Assembly: GCA_030704615.1 (NCBI GenBank)
Contig: CM060732.1
Location: forward strand, 32,116,001-32,180,000
Length of the DNA: 64,000 nucleotides
Direction: 5' to 3'
From: Takakia lepidozioides
Taxonomy: Eukaryota; Plantae; Bryophyta
Position numbers and translations under genes: made by a program. The notes under the pieces were generated by a model. The model did no database searches, was not told the origin of the DNA, and saw only the letters and a list, made by a program, of their open reading frames with translations. Shown piece by piece: positions 51,921 to 64,000 of this stretch (positions are counted from its first letter, which is position 1; every line of letters begins with the position of its first letter).

Positions 51921-54900
51921 TCATGGTCTATTTGTTCTCTTACGCTTCACCCCTACCCCTTTCACCTTGGTCTCCGTAGATTTTATCACCTCAAATAAGT
52001 GCAACAGCATATCCTTCATACTTGCCCTTCGGTTTTTCTCAAAATTCCAAGCAACTTCAATGACATAGCGGCCACTAGGATTGTACTCCTCCACCTCTGA
52101 GAGTGCATCTGTTACAGTTTTGAGGACCTCAGGACCCAAATCTGTTTTCAGCTTCACAAACCTCTCATCATCATAATTGAAACGGCGCTGCAGAACATCA
52201 CCAAAGCAGTTTCGTTAAGATGCATTTACAGGCAGAAGAGTGGACATCAAACGTTAATGTTTAGGATTTAACAGCTTCACCCTAACATGAGCACAGTAAA
52301 AAATGAAACCTGTTCTCGAAAAGAGAGTATCAAAGGGAACATACCTCAAATTTGCCATTCCCCACTTCTACTGTTTTGTATGGTACAAAATCATGGTCCC
52401 TCAAGAGTGTATCCCACTCACTGGTGGCTAACTGCATACAATATTCCCAGCCATTTTTGTCGAACTTGTACTTTTGCTGACAGGGAATCTGCCATGGCTG
52501 TGTGTTAAGGTCGCCTGCAAGTTTGATTGCTAACTTATTTGCACAGCCATATTTTTTCAAAATCTGCAGACATGTGGGCATTTCACATGTGTAAGTTGCA
52601 ACCCTATTCTGGATCTGCCATCCACCATAGACTGATCAACACAGGAACTAATAATGCAGCAGATGCCGATTGGTTCCCCCATGCAGCAGTGCCAGGGGTA
52701 ACAAAAGTGATTCTTGATGTGAAAACCAAATTTACATGGTTTAAGGGAGTGTTCACTCACAGTAACAGCCACCTTTCGGGCCTCTTCCAATTCATTGGTG
52801 ATTTCCCGCTCCTTCGTTGTTAGAACGTTCACCAAGTCGTTTTGATCATCTACCTCCTCTTGTGTGGATTTGAGCTGCTCTTCAAGCTCCTGAATTTGTC
52901 TTTTGTGTTCTTCAATGTCTTTAACGGCTTCCCTGCCCTTCTCAATCTCCAACATCTCAGCAACCCGCTGACTCTCTAGCTCACGCGTTTGTTTGGCAGC
53001 CAGTTTCTTCCGTTGCCCTTGCATCTGCATCTCCAACTTCTTGCACTCTTCCTGCAGTTATTTGTCCGGAAAGAGTTCTAAATCAATGCTAGGATGTGAA
53101 GGCCGCTCATAGTCCCATTGGTGCAATCTAGTTGACCAAGTTTTACCTTGGAGGTTTGCAAGGCCCTACATATGCAACCCTGTCTGGGTAGACCCTTTAA
53201 TTCTTTGAACAAAGGTTGATATTTGGTGTGATCCACCAGGCTGTTTATTGGAAGCTGCCCCTAGTGCATACACCCATATGGAGAGGCTAGGAAAGGAAGT
53301 GAGACATGAGAGCATACCTCATGCTTCTTTATCAGCTGCTTTTGCTGCATTTGCTGCTGCTTATGTTTCTCTGCCTGTTGGGTCACCATCTCCAATTTCC
53401 TTTGTGCCTACGACAATCGAGCAACCATATAATCCCTCTCATGGCTACAATCGAGCATCAGGAATGAGCAGGTGAAGAAAGATCGCAAAACATTTAACGG
53501 TTGCACGTTTTATGGTAAAATGACTGACCCCACCAAACACATTTTGCCACACAAATACGCAAGTTACCTCTTTTCTTTCTGTGGCATGGTGTATTCGCTC
53601 AGCCTCATTCTGTTGTTTCATCAGCTTCTCTGTCTCCTGTAGCTGTTCACACTGGAGTTCTAGATCCTTCATTTTTCCTTCCAAGGAGCGACGATGCTCC
53701 AGCATGGCATGGTTGTGGATCTCTGCAGCCCTCTGAGCTGATGCCTGTAACTCCATGAGCTCTGTGTAACCCCACACCATGCCATGTTTCAATAAAGTCA
53801 TGCAGCCCTTGCAACAGTGAGTCCCATAGTTTCTATCTGGTAGAATTTGGTCTAAGCGAAGCCTGGTTCTGACATGCATTTCTATGGAGACACTGCCAGG
53901 AAAGTAAAGTTTTTGACGGTGACCAAGCTGCTGGAGATCTGAGTCACACAAACACATGTACAATGAAAAAGGAAAAAATCCAAAGAGATCCACATTGCCA
54001 CATACCGCCGACAGAACCCTCATTGCAGCTTACTTCTTTTCAAATCGTTTCCAAAGACTTATATCTCGAGGTTCCACCAATTCAGAATTAAGTACCAGAG
54101 AACTTCCAAGGTGTTACTCTGCCTCAATTGTGTTAAGCACCTTCCAAGTCAACACTTTGTACAAAAAGAGCTTAAGATCTGGCCAGCACACATTAAGAGC
54201 ACTCAATTTCTTGTTTCCAATCTAGGCCAAAGGCAGCTGCCTCAAGGCTTAGCCAGAGATTGTATTTCCTCGGCCACTGCCACTAGAAGGGGTTTATGGT
54301 ACGTGAACACTGTCTAAGAGAGTGGGATCCTGGTGGCTTAAGCCAGCCACTGGCTGTGACAGGGAGTCAATTGAACTCTTGAGCTTCTGGTGATTGGAAA
54401 TATCCAATATTGGGTGGCATGTCTGACTCACCTAGCTTGTGCTTTTGCTCCAGCGTGGCCTTCTCTCGTTCTGCTTCCAATCGCACATTTTCAACGTCTG
54501 TTACAATGTTTTGGAGCTCAACAAATTTTCTGTGAGAAGCCTGTATACGCTCCTCCCTCTTGTCCACCGCCTCCTTTAGATTCTGACATTGCTGCTGCAG
54601 CTTCCTCTCGTTTTCCCTGTTCATCATAGCTGCGCTCTTGAAGTCGCGCTTCTGCAAATAAGCTGATATCTCCTTGTCACCAAGCTCCACCAGGTCCTGA
54701 TGAAAGTAACTTGGATTTAATAATGCAATTCCAGTACGTCTTTCTGAATGCATTCTAGACAGCCTGAGATCCTTTTGACTTCATGCACTATGGCGACTTC
54801 CGGAATGAGCATCCTTCATAGATCTTAAGAGACGAACCTGCTTTGTGACTTGCCACCCATAGAGATTTTTATCCCGATTTCTTTGGTTGTCCCTCAACCA

Positions 54901-55664
54901 GTCCTTGCGACCATGATCAACCTCCATAAAACTTCTCTCAAAAGCTTCGGCATCCCTCAAGGCATCCTCATCACTCCCGAATGTAATCAGCGCTTTGCCC
55001 ATATGGCCATTGCGATCATAAAGTACGACCACAGCATGTGGTTTGTAGTCCTGGAACAGCAAGTCATGAAGCCTTGAGCCACGGATATGACATCAGACTT
55101 GAAGAGAGCTGCCAGTGCCTAGGTAGCTACACAGTATTCTACATCACAAAACTGGCGGCGAAAGTAACAAAATCGTTCATGTAAGTCAAGAGAGCCACTA
55201 CCTTGGGATAGAAATTTTACCTTGAATTTCTCTCTTATCTCAGCATTTCCCGGACCTGTCCGGAACCCACTCTCTAGCCGTTCACTGTTCTCGATATTCA
55301 TTAGGATGCCCATCCACGGGTGCACCAGCAAATTCTCCTTCTCTATTCTTCGGGGCACCCTCTGCAAAAGTCGCACCTCCCGCTCTGCTTGGGGAACAGC
55401 CTGCTTGGCAAGGTCCTTCTCTAAGTACCTTTTCAAGGCGCGGTGATTTCCAGTAGCTTCCGGACCTCTCTTCCCCTTACTCACATCAGTCGCATGTGCG
55501 TGTATCTCTTTGTACCGATACTCCTGCTTCTTCTTACCAGGAGAGAATGGGCATCTGTAGGTACCATTGGTATTTACCACCCTTTTGTACCCTGCCCGGA
55601 TATCCTTGAGGGCCTCCACCTCATATTGTTCAATCTCCTCATCAGAGCCCTCATCATCAGACAT
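51921..55664 (-). CDS. zf-XS/XS/coiled-coil/XH protein of the IDN2/FDM family (RNA-directed DNA methylation)
   Basis: YRCPFSPGKKKQEY...HA...HRAL (zf-XS); VHPWMGILMN...F..D..A..DAEAFERSF..HGRKDW..LYGW (XS); coiled-coil exons; SEWD..LRDHDFVPYK and LGPEV..TVTDALSEVEEYNPSGRY..AWNFEKNRRASMKD (XH). Confidence 0.9.
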
Positions 55665-57045
55665 TATCTCTGCGGCACAAGTGGCACACCAACATCAAAG
55701 ATCAGTTCCCTCGGCTTTGAAGCAACAATCTGTACTGGGGAAGAGGGCTGCAGCAGCAGTCCTGATATCGATAGTAACATGCTTTCTCTAGTTTTATTTG
55801 GTTGCAAGCTCTTCAATTAACACTCACTTACCTGTACATAACTGTATTGCAGTTGCCTCTGCCTGGTCCATTTCTTGGCTGAATTATGTCCTTGTCAGCA
55901 CCAAGAGGACAAATGTAACCAGGTATGTTATATGCATGCACAGCAGAGATGACACGAGCATCGCTCAAATTAAACGGATAGAACTGTATTTGCTTAAGAT
56001 GTTTTCCAGTGGAAGGAATTAAATTGCATTAAACACTTCCAATCGCAATGTGGAAATACCAGAGAGTAGAACCTGCAAAGGTGATGCGATTGTTTTCACA
56101 ACACGTCCCGCTTGCAATCTTTCAGAGAAAACACCCTTGGAAGAATCCGCAATGCAGCAATCCCGACAACCAAGGCGCAGACGTTGCAATTTGAAAACCA
56201 AGCGAGCACTTGCAAGAACAAGGAGACACCCTCTGAAACGCGGTAGTCTGGGAGATTGTGGAGATGGAAGAAGGGTGATGGGTAGAGAGAGAGGAGAGAC
56301 TGGAGCTCCAGTTACTTGTAAGAAGGGCCACCAGACTCTCCCTCTCTCGTTCCTTCCTCGGTGCACGAGACACTCTCATGACCCGCGGTTCGGATCCTAA
56401 CCCTGGTTAAAGTATTGGTCCCGTCATCTGCTGCCCCTTCCCTCCTTTGAGTGCTCTGGGAAGTGGTTGTGGGTTCAATCCACTGATTGGTGTCACAGAG
56501 GTGTCCACCTTCCTGCTGGAAGGCAGTAGCCCTTGGGGGTCAAGAGACACCATAATTTGCGCTTCCTTCGTCATATATTGTTGCTCTCTGCTTGGAGGTT
56601 CTGGGTTGGCTCTCTTGTAGAGAGAGACGTTGCAACATGTTGAAGTCAATGGAGAAAATGTGGTCAAAGGGTGTGTTGTGCCGAGTTATGTCCCTTATGT
56701 TTTGCCAAAGCAAAGAGAGCATCACCGTTTTAGGCTTGTTACATGTGATGGTCAGTTGCCATGTAGTATGGCACTGCCCTATTTTTTTTTCTTATTTTTT
56801 CCAATTAACATAGGAGTAGTGCTGGGCGGTTATCAGTTTTTTACTATAACCGCCGGTTTCGGATATTACAAATTTTGGAAATCTAATACCAGCCGGTTCA
56901 AGTTATTAAACAAATTTTAATATTTTCATACCCGTCGGTTATCAATAGTGTAAGAAATTTTGAACTTACAGGTTATCAATAGCTCCGTTTTGTTTTGTTT
57001 TGTTTTGTTTCTTGTTTTTTCTTTAATTTTAAAATAATAATTACT

Positions 57046-59409
57046 ATTTTTTTAAATTTTAGATAACAGGGACGGAGCCCTGAGAACTTTATTAAATGAT
57101 TATTTAAGGGAAAAAAAATTAAAACCCTTTAAATGCCCACAGGTTGCCATAAGGCATAACACACGGAGGACCGTGCAGGATAGGTTCGGGACCATAACCG
57201 AGAGAGGACTCTCGAATGAACTGCATTTAGAACCCACAGGGACTCGATGCCTTTTCTAAAACCTAGAGGACCTTGGTAAGATCCGCCAGAAACCATTATC
57301 CGTAACGGAGGTAGGACTGGACCTACGATAGTGGACAAAACTGAGAACAGGGAAGCAAAAGGATGGTGAGGGTGCATGGAGGAGGCTGGGAGAGCGGGAG
57401 AATAGCAGGACGAATCTGATGGCTAATTGCTTGCCCTGGAGAGCACCAAGAGTCTATCTGTGGAAATGAAGACGAGTTGTTGAACCTGCTCTAATATGCC
57501 TCCAATTTATCTCTGTTCTGTCAAATTATGGGGAGGCTGAAGAGGTGACTCCTACTTCCTTGCCAACAGGAGGGGATTGAATCTGCCCAAAGACAGGTGA
57601 GGCAAATGAGTCCGTGCTTGCCCCATGTTGCTCTGAAGGTATGGATGAGAGAGGGTTGTCTTTGTGGCTTCCTCTTGACTGTTGCACATAGCACTGCCCA
57701 AGCTTTTTTAGCAGCAACAATAAGATCAAAGAACACCATAGAAAGAATAGCTGAAGCAGATGTGTTCTCATTGTCTAGAGCCCAGGCACATCGTCTTTTC
57801 CATAGGTTCCAGAGGACGGAACTACGCAGAGCATCAAATACCGAGCAGTGGGAGGCAATTGTTTTGAGTCAGACTGTAGTTGAGAAGGATAGCTACTGGA
57901 TCAGCAGGCATTTGGTCCCAAGTCCTGTAGAAGGAACATACCAATGGCCAAATCTTTGATGGGGCCAGGCAGTGTAGCAGACAATGCTCCAAAGTTTCTA
58001 GCAATTGGTTGTTGCAACATCTACAGAGCAGAGCCTCAGGGAAGTTCAAATAGTGGCCCACTTTAAGCACCCTATTAGCTACCTGCCATAAGAAGGCACT
58101 TAATTTCGCCGGTTTCGACTTGCTCCAGACAACTGACCATATATCTTTCCAGTTCTCTTGATCAAAGTTCACATGGCTCCATTTTGTATCCCATTTGGAG
58201 TTTAGAGGCCTAGCAGCCAGCATTGCCCTATATCCCTTCTTTGCCGTATATGAAAAGAAGGGCTCTAGCTCCTCCTCAAAAGACCAAGACCCTTCCGCCG
58301 GGTCCAATTGGAGGCCGGAGGCTATATCCGAATTCCCCATCAGGATAAAAGCCTGTGTCTTGAGCCAAGCAAGAATGGAGGTACCCATGGTGCCTTGGGG
58401 TTGAAGGGTTTACCCGGGTCCGACCATTGACAGATCCGGACAGGGGCAGTACTGGCTGCAGTACGAGCTGGTGAGGATATAGGGCTAGCTGTGATGAGCG
58501 AGAGGCATCCAGTTGTGCCATCAGCCTGGAATGAGAACCCTGAAATGGTGGAGATTGTGACATCTGAAATATAGAGAATATGGTTGGGAATGGAAGAGTC
58601 AGGCAAAATCCACTGATGAGGACTAGGGAGTCCAGGGCCGTCTTTAAGAATCTGCTTCCAGGAGTCAGGTATTGATTGAATTATGTGGTTTATGCCCCAA
58701 CGTAGGCGGAGGGTTCCTAAAGCTTGCTGAAGGGATTGCGGAGTGCTAAACCATAGGTCTTTAATCGAGAAAAACCTTCTTGACTCCCACACCGCCCAAC
58801 GCTTTGCTGCCCGACGTTCATCCCTATCCGGGTTTCGAAGATTTAGAAAGAGGCTTTGTCTTTGAGTTTCTTGAAAGGTGGTTGGCTGCAGTTTTCTAAG
58901 AAAGGGCCTGAGGCTGCTCCATGATCTCCAGATGGAAGACCATAGGGGGGAGCCTGCGGATTTGTGACCAAACCCTTGGACAATCCAGCGAGTAGATTGT
59001 GACCAGAGGATTGAGGTCGATGGCGAGGAGGAGCAGATGGATGGGGTGACCATGAATTTCCACCAGCCTCCCTCTGGTCCTAGGTATCTTGGGAGCCACT
59101 TACCTAAAAGCGCTTTGATTTGAGTCTATGGGTCAAGGACACCTAAGCCGCCCATCTTTTTGGGAAGGCAAATCTGTTCCCAAGAGACCTGTGGCTTTTT
59201 GTTCTGGGTAGTAGAGGCAGCCCCCCAGATGAAGTTCCTGATCAACCTTGTAATCTCCTTAATTATTTTGTTGTTGGCCCCCATGTAGACGCAAAATACC
59301 AGATGCCCGCTAGGATGATTTGATTGGCAACCAGGGCTCTTCCATCGATGGAAAGATGGCACGAGCCCCAGTAAGAAAGCTAGTGCTTGAGTCTTTTCAC
59401 CGTGGCTTG
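57046..59409 (-). mobile_element. L1-clade LINE 3' portion (post-RT region, zf-RVT), interrupted by the Gypsy LTR
   Basis: IRNFIWG...VSWEQICLPKKMGGLGV and KLSAFLWQ...CRCC...ETLEHCLLHC. AATAAA and an A-rich tail on the - strand near 57095-57046. Confidence 0.85.
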
Positions 59410-59939
59410 TGTCGTGCGCATACATATCGCTACACAACTACATCGCTGTCCAAACCACACCACACATATATGCACAATAAAGTAGTCTGCCACAATGATA
59501 AACAAGCTAAAAAGGACACACACTCTCAACACAAGAAATATGAAATCCATCGCTATCACTCTTTAAAATAGAAGTCGAGCCAGGGGCACCCCACGCTATG
59601 GGGACTCCACCCCACAACAACCTACACTCCCATCATAAGCACACTCAGATCTAAACGCATGAAGGAGCTCGGTCGCGCAGGCTCAACTCAAGAGAGATGA
59701 GCTGCGCGACTGCCGCTCTCGTGAAGATAAGACGGACCAGGTGTCAAACTAAACTTGACACCTGATTTAACACTTGACCTAAATCCAAGTGTTAAATACA
59801 AATAACTAGTTTTATTCTAGCTGTTTTCACACTGTGCTTATTTAACTTGACAGCTGTCGTGCGCATACATATCGCTACACAACTACATCGTTGTCCAAAC
59901 CACACCACACATATATGCACAATAAAGTAGTCTGCCACA
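59410..59939 (-). repeat. 3' LTR of Ty3/Gypsy element (TG...CA), with an ~85-bp direct repeat at both ends
   Basis: On the - strand a purine-rich tract (59950-59941) precedes TGTGGCAG at 59939, and the LTR ends CACGACA at 59410. 59410-59494 is nearly identical to 59856-59940. Confidence 0.7.
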
Positions 59940-60198
59940 ATCGCCCCCCTAGCTGGTGGATAGGTCCCTCTACCTCCAGATAGCTACAAGACGTAATAGC
60001 CATAGCCGTACTAAGTCCGCTATCACTGTCCCTATCGTACTCAAACTCTATAGACCAAGAGGCCGGGTACAAGAGTAGCCCCATCGTTAGTCGTCGTCTT
60101 GCAATCTGTGAACTTGAGCCAGGACTTCGTGTATTCAAGGTCTCCTGTAGCTGGGCCTTGCGTTGCTTGTTAGCCTCCCATGGTTGTATCCACTCCCA

Positions 60199-61533
60199 CT
60201 ATCCAATGCATTGTGGACATAACCAATCCCCATCTGGAACCATCTCAAGAGGTGGAGTCAAGCACCCCATATGCCAACCTCTAGAGCATCGATCACACAC
60301 CAACATGGTGGCTGCCCCTTTAGCAGACCCACACAACATGCACCTCAAACCTGCAGATACCACTGCCAGGTTTGGGTCAATCCTGCCATCGACATTCAAA
60401 AGGTGACATGGCGCACAATTACGCACATGGTCCTTCCAAGTTATGCCATCCCGACCCTCCAAGACCAAGACGCCTGAGGGCAAGACCTCTCGAACCCTCA
60501 AAATAACACGTCCTGCAGTCACATCCAGGGTCGTAGGAGCAGTCTGCTGCAGATAGACATAGTCACCAGGGTTGAATCTCCGAACCCCAGGACGATAGCC
60601 CCCACCACGTATGGTAGCATACCTCAACGTATCACGGTGTTGTGCAATGGCAAGGTTCTCGAAAGCCATGGGCATGACTCTCTTGAACAACTCTGCACGC
60701 TGCTCACACGCACGTGCCCACACGTCCGGATCGTCAAGGTTAAGAACTGTAGCAGCTTCTCTGCGAATGGATGTAGGCAAATCCGGCTCTCGGCCAAAGA
60801 GAAGAAAGTATGGTGAGAAGGAGGCAAGCGATGTTTGCTTGCTGAACCTGTAGCCCATGGCTAACCAGGGTAACTGAAGGTCCCAATCTCCTAGGTGTCC
60901 CTTCTGCAAGCCATACTTGCGCAAACCCCTCTTTACTGTCTGAACAACTCTCTCTGCCAAGCCATCGGCCTCAGGATGATCCCGAGAAGTGGTGCGGTGG
61001 TCTATCAAGGCCTTGTCACACAAAGCCTGAAACTCCCCCAAGAACTCTCTCCCTTGGTCCGTGAGTACCTCAGCTGGAGCACCGAATCGGCTAAGCACAC
61101 AATCCAAGAATGCATACGCAGCTCCCTCACTAGCCTTATCAGGCAATGGAACCAATTCAATCCACTTGGAGAAGTGCTCCACCATCACCAACACGTACTT
61201 GTTGTGGCGCATGGTCAGTGGCAACGGCCCTGCGAAGTCAAGACTCCACCTGTAGCCCAATCCCATGATCGGAAGAGGGTACAATTGTGGAGTAGGGGCG
61301 TTGAATGAAGCACGCACCTTGTCACACACCATGCACCTAGCCACAAATTGTTGCACCTCTGTGTGCATACCACGCCACCAATACTGCCCCTGCAGTAGGC
61401 TATGGGTGCGTCGCACCCCAAAATGCCCCAACTCCTCGTGGGCATGCCGCACTAACCGTGCCCGCTGTGTTGGGTGAGGCACAATCCTCACTCGACCATC
61501 CTCCCACACTCGGAGCAGGTGTGTCCCTCCCAC
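60199..61533 (-). CDS. Gypsy integrase with C-terminal PHD finger
   Basis: HHCC (HEELGH...CMVC) and DDE core (SLDFAGP, TDQGREF, GLAER). PHD C4HC3: CMLC...CDRC...HMGC...WLCPQC at 60202-60342. Confidence 0.92.
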   Translation of the reverse strand: MGGTHLLRVWEDGRVRIVPHPTQRARLVRHAHEELGHFGVRRTHSLLQGQYWWRGMHTEVQQFVARCMVCDKVRASFNAPTPQLYPLPIMGLGYRWSLDFAGPLPLTMRHNKYVLVMVEHFSKWIELVPLPDKASEGAAYAFLDCVLSRFGAPAEVLTDQGREFLGEFQALCDKALIDHRTTSRDHPEADGLAERVVQTVKRGLRKYGLQKGHLGDWDLQLPWLAMGYRFSKQTSLASFSPYFLLFGREPDLPTSIRREAATVLNLDDPDVWARACEQRAELFKRVMPMAFENLAIAQHRDTLRYATIRGGGYRPGVRRFNPGDYVYLQQTAPTTLDVTAGRVILRVREVLPSGVLVLEGRDGITWKDHVRNCAPCHLLNVDGRIDPNLAVVSAGLRCMLCGSAKGAATMLVCDRCSRGWHMGCLTPPLEMVPDGDWLCPQCIG

Positions 61534-61579
61534 TTGAACCTCTTGGCTCGTTGTAGGATCCGATCCCTCTCCTTGGCAG

Positions 61580-63172
61580 TCACAGTGGCTGCCGTGTCTC
61601 CAGTGCGGAGGTAGTCCAACACAACTGAATCCTCATGTATATCTTTGGCGCCACCTTGCTCATTGCTGGCCTCGGGTCCTCAGACACTTGATCTACAGTC
61701 ATCCCTGTTGCAGGTCCAACCTGGCCTTCCGCTGCCAAGATACATAGAAATGCAGATACATGCCATCCGGGCACCATCTCCTCGTCCGTCTCACCATGCC
61801 ACCGAGCTCCAGTGTCATCCTGCTGGCCCGTGCATGGATTGCGACTCAACCCATCTGCATTGCGATTGACCAAACCCGGTCGATGCACCACCTGAAAGTC
61901 ATACTCTTGAACGATGAGTGCCCACCATGCAAGCTTCCCCGTAAGCTTGTCTGACTCCATCAACCACTTGAGTGGTTGGTGATCCGTGATAAGGGTGAAG
62001 AGATTGCCGTATAGATAGCACCTGAAGTGTGCCACGGCCCACACTGCAGCTAAGCATTCTCCCTCATATGAGCTATACTTAGACTCTGCAGCATTGTTCG
62101 AGCGGCTAGCATAAGCCACTACGAACTCTCTTCCCTCATCATCCACCTGTGTGAGCACCGCTCCAAGCCCCAGCATGCTCCAATCTGTATGCAGCTGAAA
62201 AGGACGTCCCCTGATAGGTCGTCTCAAGATGGGCGCCGAGGTCAACCTCGCCTTGAGCTCTTGAAAAGCTTGTTCTTGCTCATCTTCCCATTGCCACTCC
62301 TGGTCCACCTTGGTCAGCTTGGTTAGAGCCTTTGCAATGGCACTAAATCCCTTAACAAACCGTCTGTAATAGTTTGCTAACCCCATGAAAGCTCGAACTC
62401 GGCTCACATCCGTGGGGCGTGGAACCTGTGCAATGGACTCTACCTTAGTCTGTTGTACCCCCAATCCTCCAGGATATATCATGTGACCCAGATACTCAAT
62501 CTGGTTGTGGAAAAACTTGCACTTGCCCGGATGTAACTTCAATCCGTGCGTCCTCAAGCGCTCAAATACCCCCTGAAGGTGTCTCTCATGCTCCTCCACC
62601 GTAGCACTAAAGATGATGATGTCATCTATGTAGCACCGAGCAAACTCCACCCCTGCTAGAATCATGTCCATGACTCTTTGAAACTCAGCGGGAGCGTTTT
62701 TAAGCCCAAATGGTAAGAACCGCCACTGGTATAGGCAATCCTTCCCGTGCTCATTGATCCCCCAGAATGCCGTCTTTTGCTTATCCGCCTCCTTGATCGG
62801 CAACTGGTGATATCCGGATCGTAAATCCAACGTGCTAAAGACCTTGGAATGCCCAATGGCATCAAAGATCTCCTCTGGTGTCGGCATGGCATATCTATCG
62901 GACTTGGTCTGACGATTTACAGGCCGGTAATCACCGCACATACGTCTCTCCGTCCAATTGCCATAGACATCCTTCTTGGCTGGCATCACTGTGGCTGAAG
63001 CATACTCTCCACCAGAGAGCTCCACCAAACCTGCCTCCCAGAGATCTTGAGTCCTCATCTGAATCAAAGACCTCTCCATGTCACTGTATCTATAGGGTCT
63101 CCGAAATATTGGCGTGTCAGTGGCCAACTCAATACGGATCTCTTGACCCTTCAGTGCTCCCAAGTCCTTCAA
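61580..63172 (-). CDS. Gypsy reverse transcriptase + RNase H
   Basis: RMCGDYRPVN, LDLRSGYHQ, PFGLKNAP, YIDD, LHTDWS, YASR, EGECLA, TDHQPL, NADGLSR. Frameshift to the integrase near 61580-61533. Confidence 0.95.
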   Translation of the reverse strand: MKDLGALKGQEIRIELATDTPIFRRPYRYSDMERSLIQMRTQDLWEAGLVELSGGEYASATVMPAKKDVYGNWTERRMCGDYRPVNRQTKSDRYAMPTPEEIFDAIGHSKVFSTLDLRSGYHQLPIKEADKQKTAFWGINEHGKDCLYQWRFLPFGLKNAPAEFQRVMDMILAGVEFARCYIDDIIIFSATVEEHERHLQGVFERLRTHGLKLHPGKCKFFHNQIEYLGHMIYPGGLGVQQTKVESIAQVPRPTDVSRVRAFMGLANYYRRFVKGFSAIAKALTKLTKVDQEWQWEDEQEQAFQELKARLTSAPILRRPIRGRPFQLHTDWSMLGLGAVLTQVDDEGREFVVAYASRSNNAAESKYSSYEGECLAAVWAVAHFRCYLYGNLFTLITDHQPLKWLMESDKLTGKLAWWALIVQEYDFQVVHRPGLVNRNADGLSRNPCTGQQDDTGARWHGETDEEMVPGWHVSAFLCILAAEGQVGPATGMTVDQVSEDPRPAMSKVAPKIYMRIQLCWTTSALETRQPL

Positions 63173-63639
63173 ACTGAAGGCAAAGCAATTCCTGTAAGCC
63201 CTCAGGAACCGCCGTATACGTTGTCTCTCTCCTCCGGTGACAATGGGTCCAATGTCAGGCTCCCAATTGTCCTCCGTAACTGCAACCTTAAGTCCAGTGG
63301 GCTTAGAGGTAGAGGACGCGTCCCGTGGTTGCTATGCTGCAACCTCTTGAGCAGTACCCCCTTCCTGCTCAGTCAATGACAAGGCCTCATCCTGCCCCAT
63401 CATCTCATCATTGAGAACCTCCTCAACCCGAGAAGAATCCCCAACCTCATCCATCACAGCTGCCTTGGCTGCCAACTCCCTCTGAACCTCGAGCACCTCC
63501 CATGTGTGCCATGGATGTCTACACCCCGTGGTCCTCACCGGCTCGCCCCCACTCGCTGCCTGTACCGTCTCGGTAGGCAGAGAGACCATGAAGGGGAGTG
63601 CACTCCGCACTCTACGTTGCTCAGCCATAGCCAAGCTGA

Positions 63640-64000
63640 TAATCCAGGTCAAGCAATTGAGATCCATTGGTTGCCCCAACACCTGACGCCGTGATGCCTC
63701 AGAAAGAGAAGGCACCGCCGTGGTCCCAGTGGAAAACCCCATAGCCCGCTCTCGCTCGTCGGCATTTGGCTCCACTAACTGCTGCAACTGAGCATCCCAC
63801 AGGAGGCCAGGTCCACCATCCCGAAAAGCATGGGATCCTGGGAAGCTGAGCAGTGTAGGTAATGCTGCTCGTGGTTGACCCACCCTGTTGACCACTGCCA
63901 AAGGCAAACGGTCATCGTGTCTCACACATTGAGACTGCCTCCCTGTGTCCAAAATGCCATCCACGGTGAGGTGTGCTGGCCGCTGGCACCCCATCAAATG
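63640..64000 (-). CDS. C-terminal part of a C5 cytosine DNA methyltransferase (DNMT3/DRM-like) upstream of RT; truncated by the window edge
   Basis: PTL...EPNADERERAMGFSTGTT..SLSEASRRQVLGQPMDLNCLTWII resembles motifs IX-X of DNMT3-type enzymes (E.ER..GF...T....R...LG). Confidence 0.65.

Larger units (their letters stand above)
59410..64000 (-). mobile_element. Ty3/Gypsy LTR retrotransposon (5' part outside the window)
   Basis: RT-RNaseH-integrase order, PPT and LTR. Confidence 0.95.

Noticed and set aside
1-64000. tRNA/rRNA or other structured RNA genes
   Set aside because: None were recognisable by eye; a tRNAscan-SE/Infernal run would be needed to exclude them.

Overview
Eukaryotic land-plant genomic DNA with GT-AG introns. 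A non-seed plant such as a bryophyte or hornwort is plausible, but this is inference. About 45-50 kb is nested transposable elements around a small island of host genes. (1) 8-13609: a Mutator-like element with imperfect TIRs and a GCM-like/MULE-DDE/SWIM transposase (- strand). Head-to-head with it is a spliced gene fusing a ParB/Srx-like DGNHR domain to a beta-class N6/N4 DNA-methyltransferase fold. About 30-35 copies of the palindrome ATTTCGGCGCCGAAAT are scattered through its non-coding DNA. (2) ~13610-20416: a related degraded element with a divergent paralog of the ParB-MTase gene and a different array of 13 x 36-bp palindromes. (3) ~20417-25640 plus ~42829-43055: an unclassified element rich in GGGTTACA repeats. 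(4) ~25645-42828: a CACTA element with a Tnp2-type transposase and a SET-domain gene, plus nested LINE-derived pieces. (5) Host genes: a Hint/Hog-domain remnant, an HNH endonuclease exon remnant, chloroplast rhodanese STR9 and an IDN2/FDM-like XS-XH gene. (6) An L1-type LINE interrupted by a Ty3/Gypsy element whose pol has a C5 DNA-methyltransferase C-terminus before RT and a PHD finger after integrase. The best candidate for an undescribed system is the MULE-borne ParB-MTase gene paired with element-specific, parS-like palindrome arrays. All domain calls come from motif recognition by eye; no searches were run.
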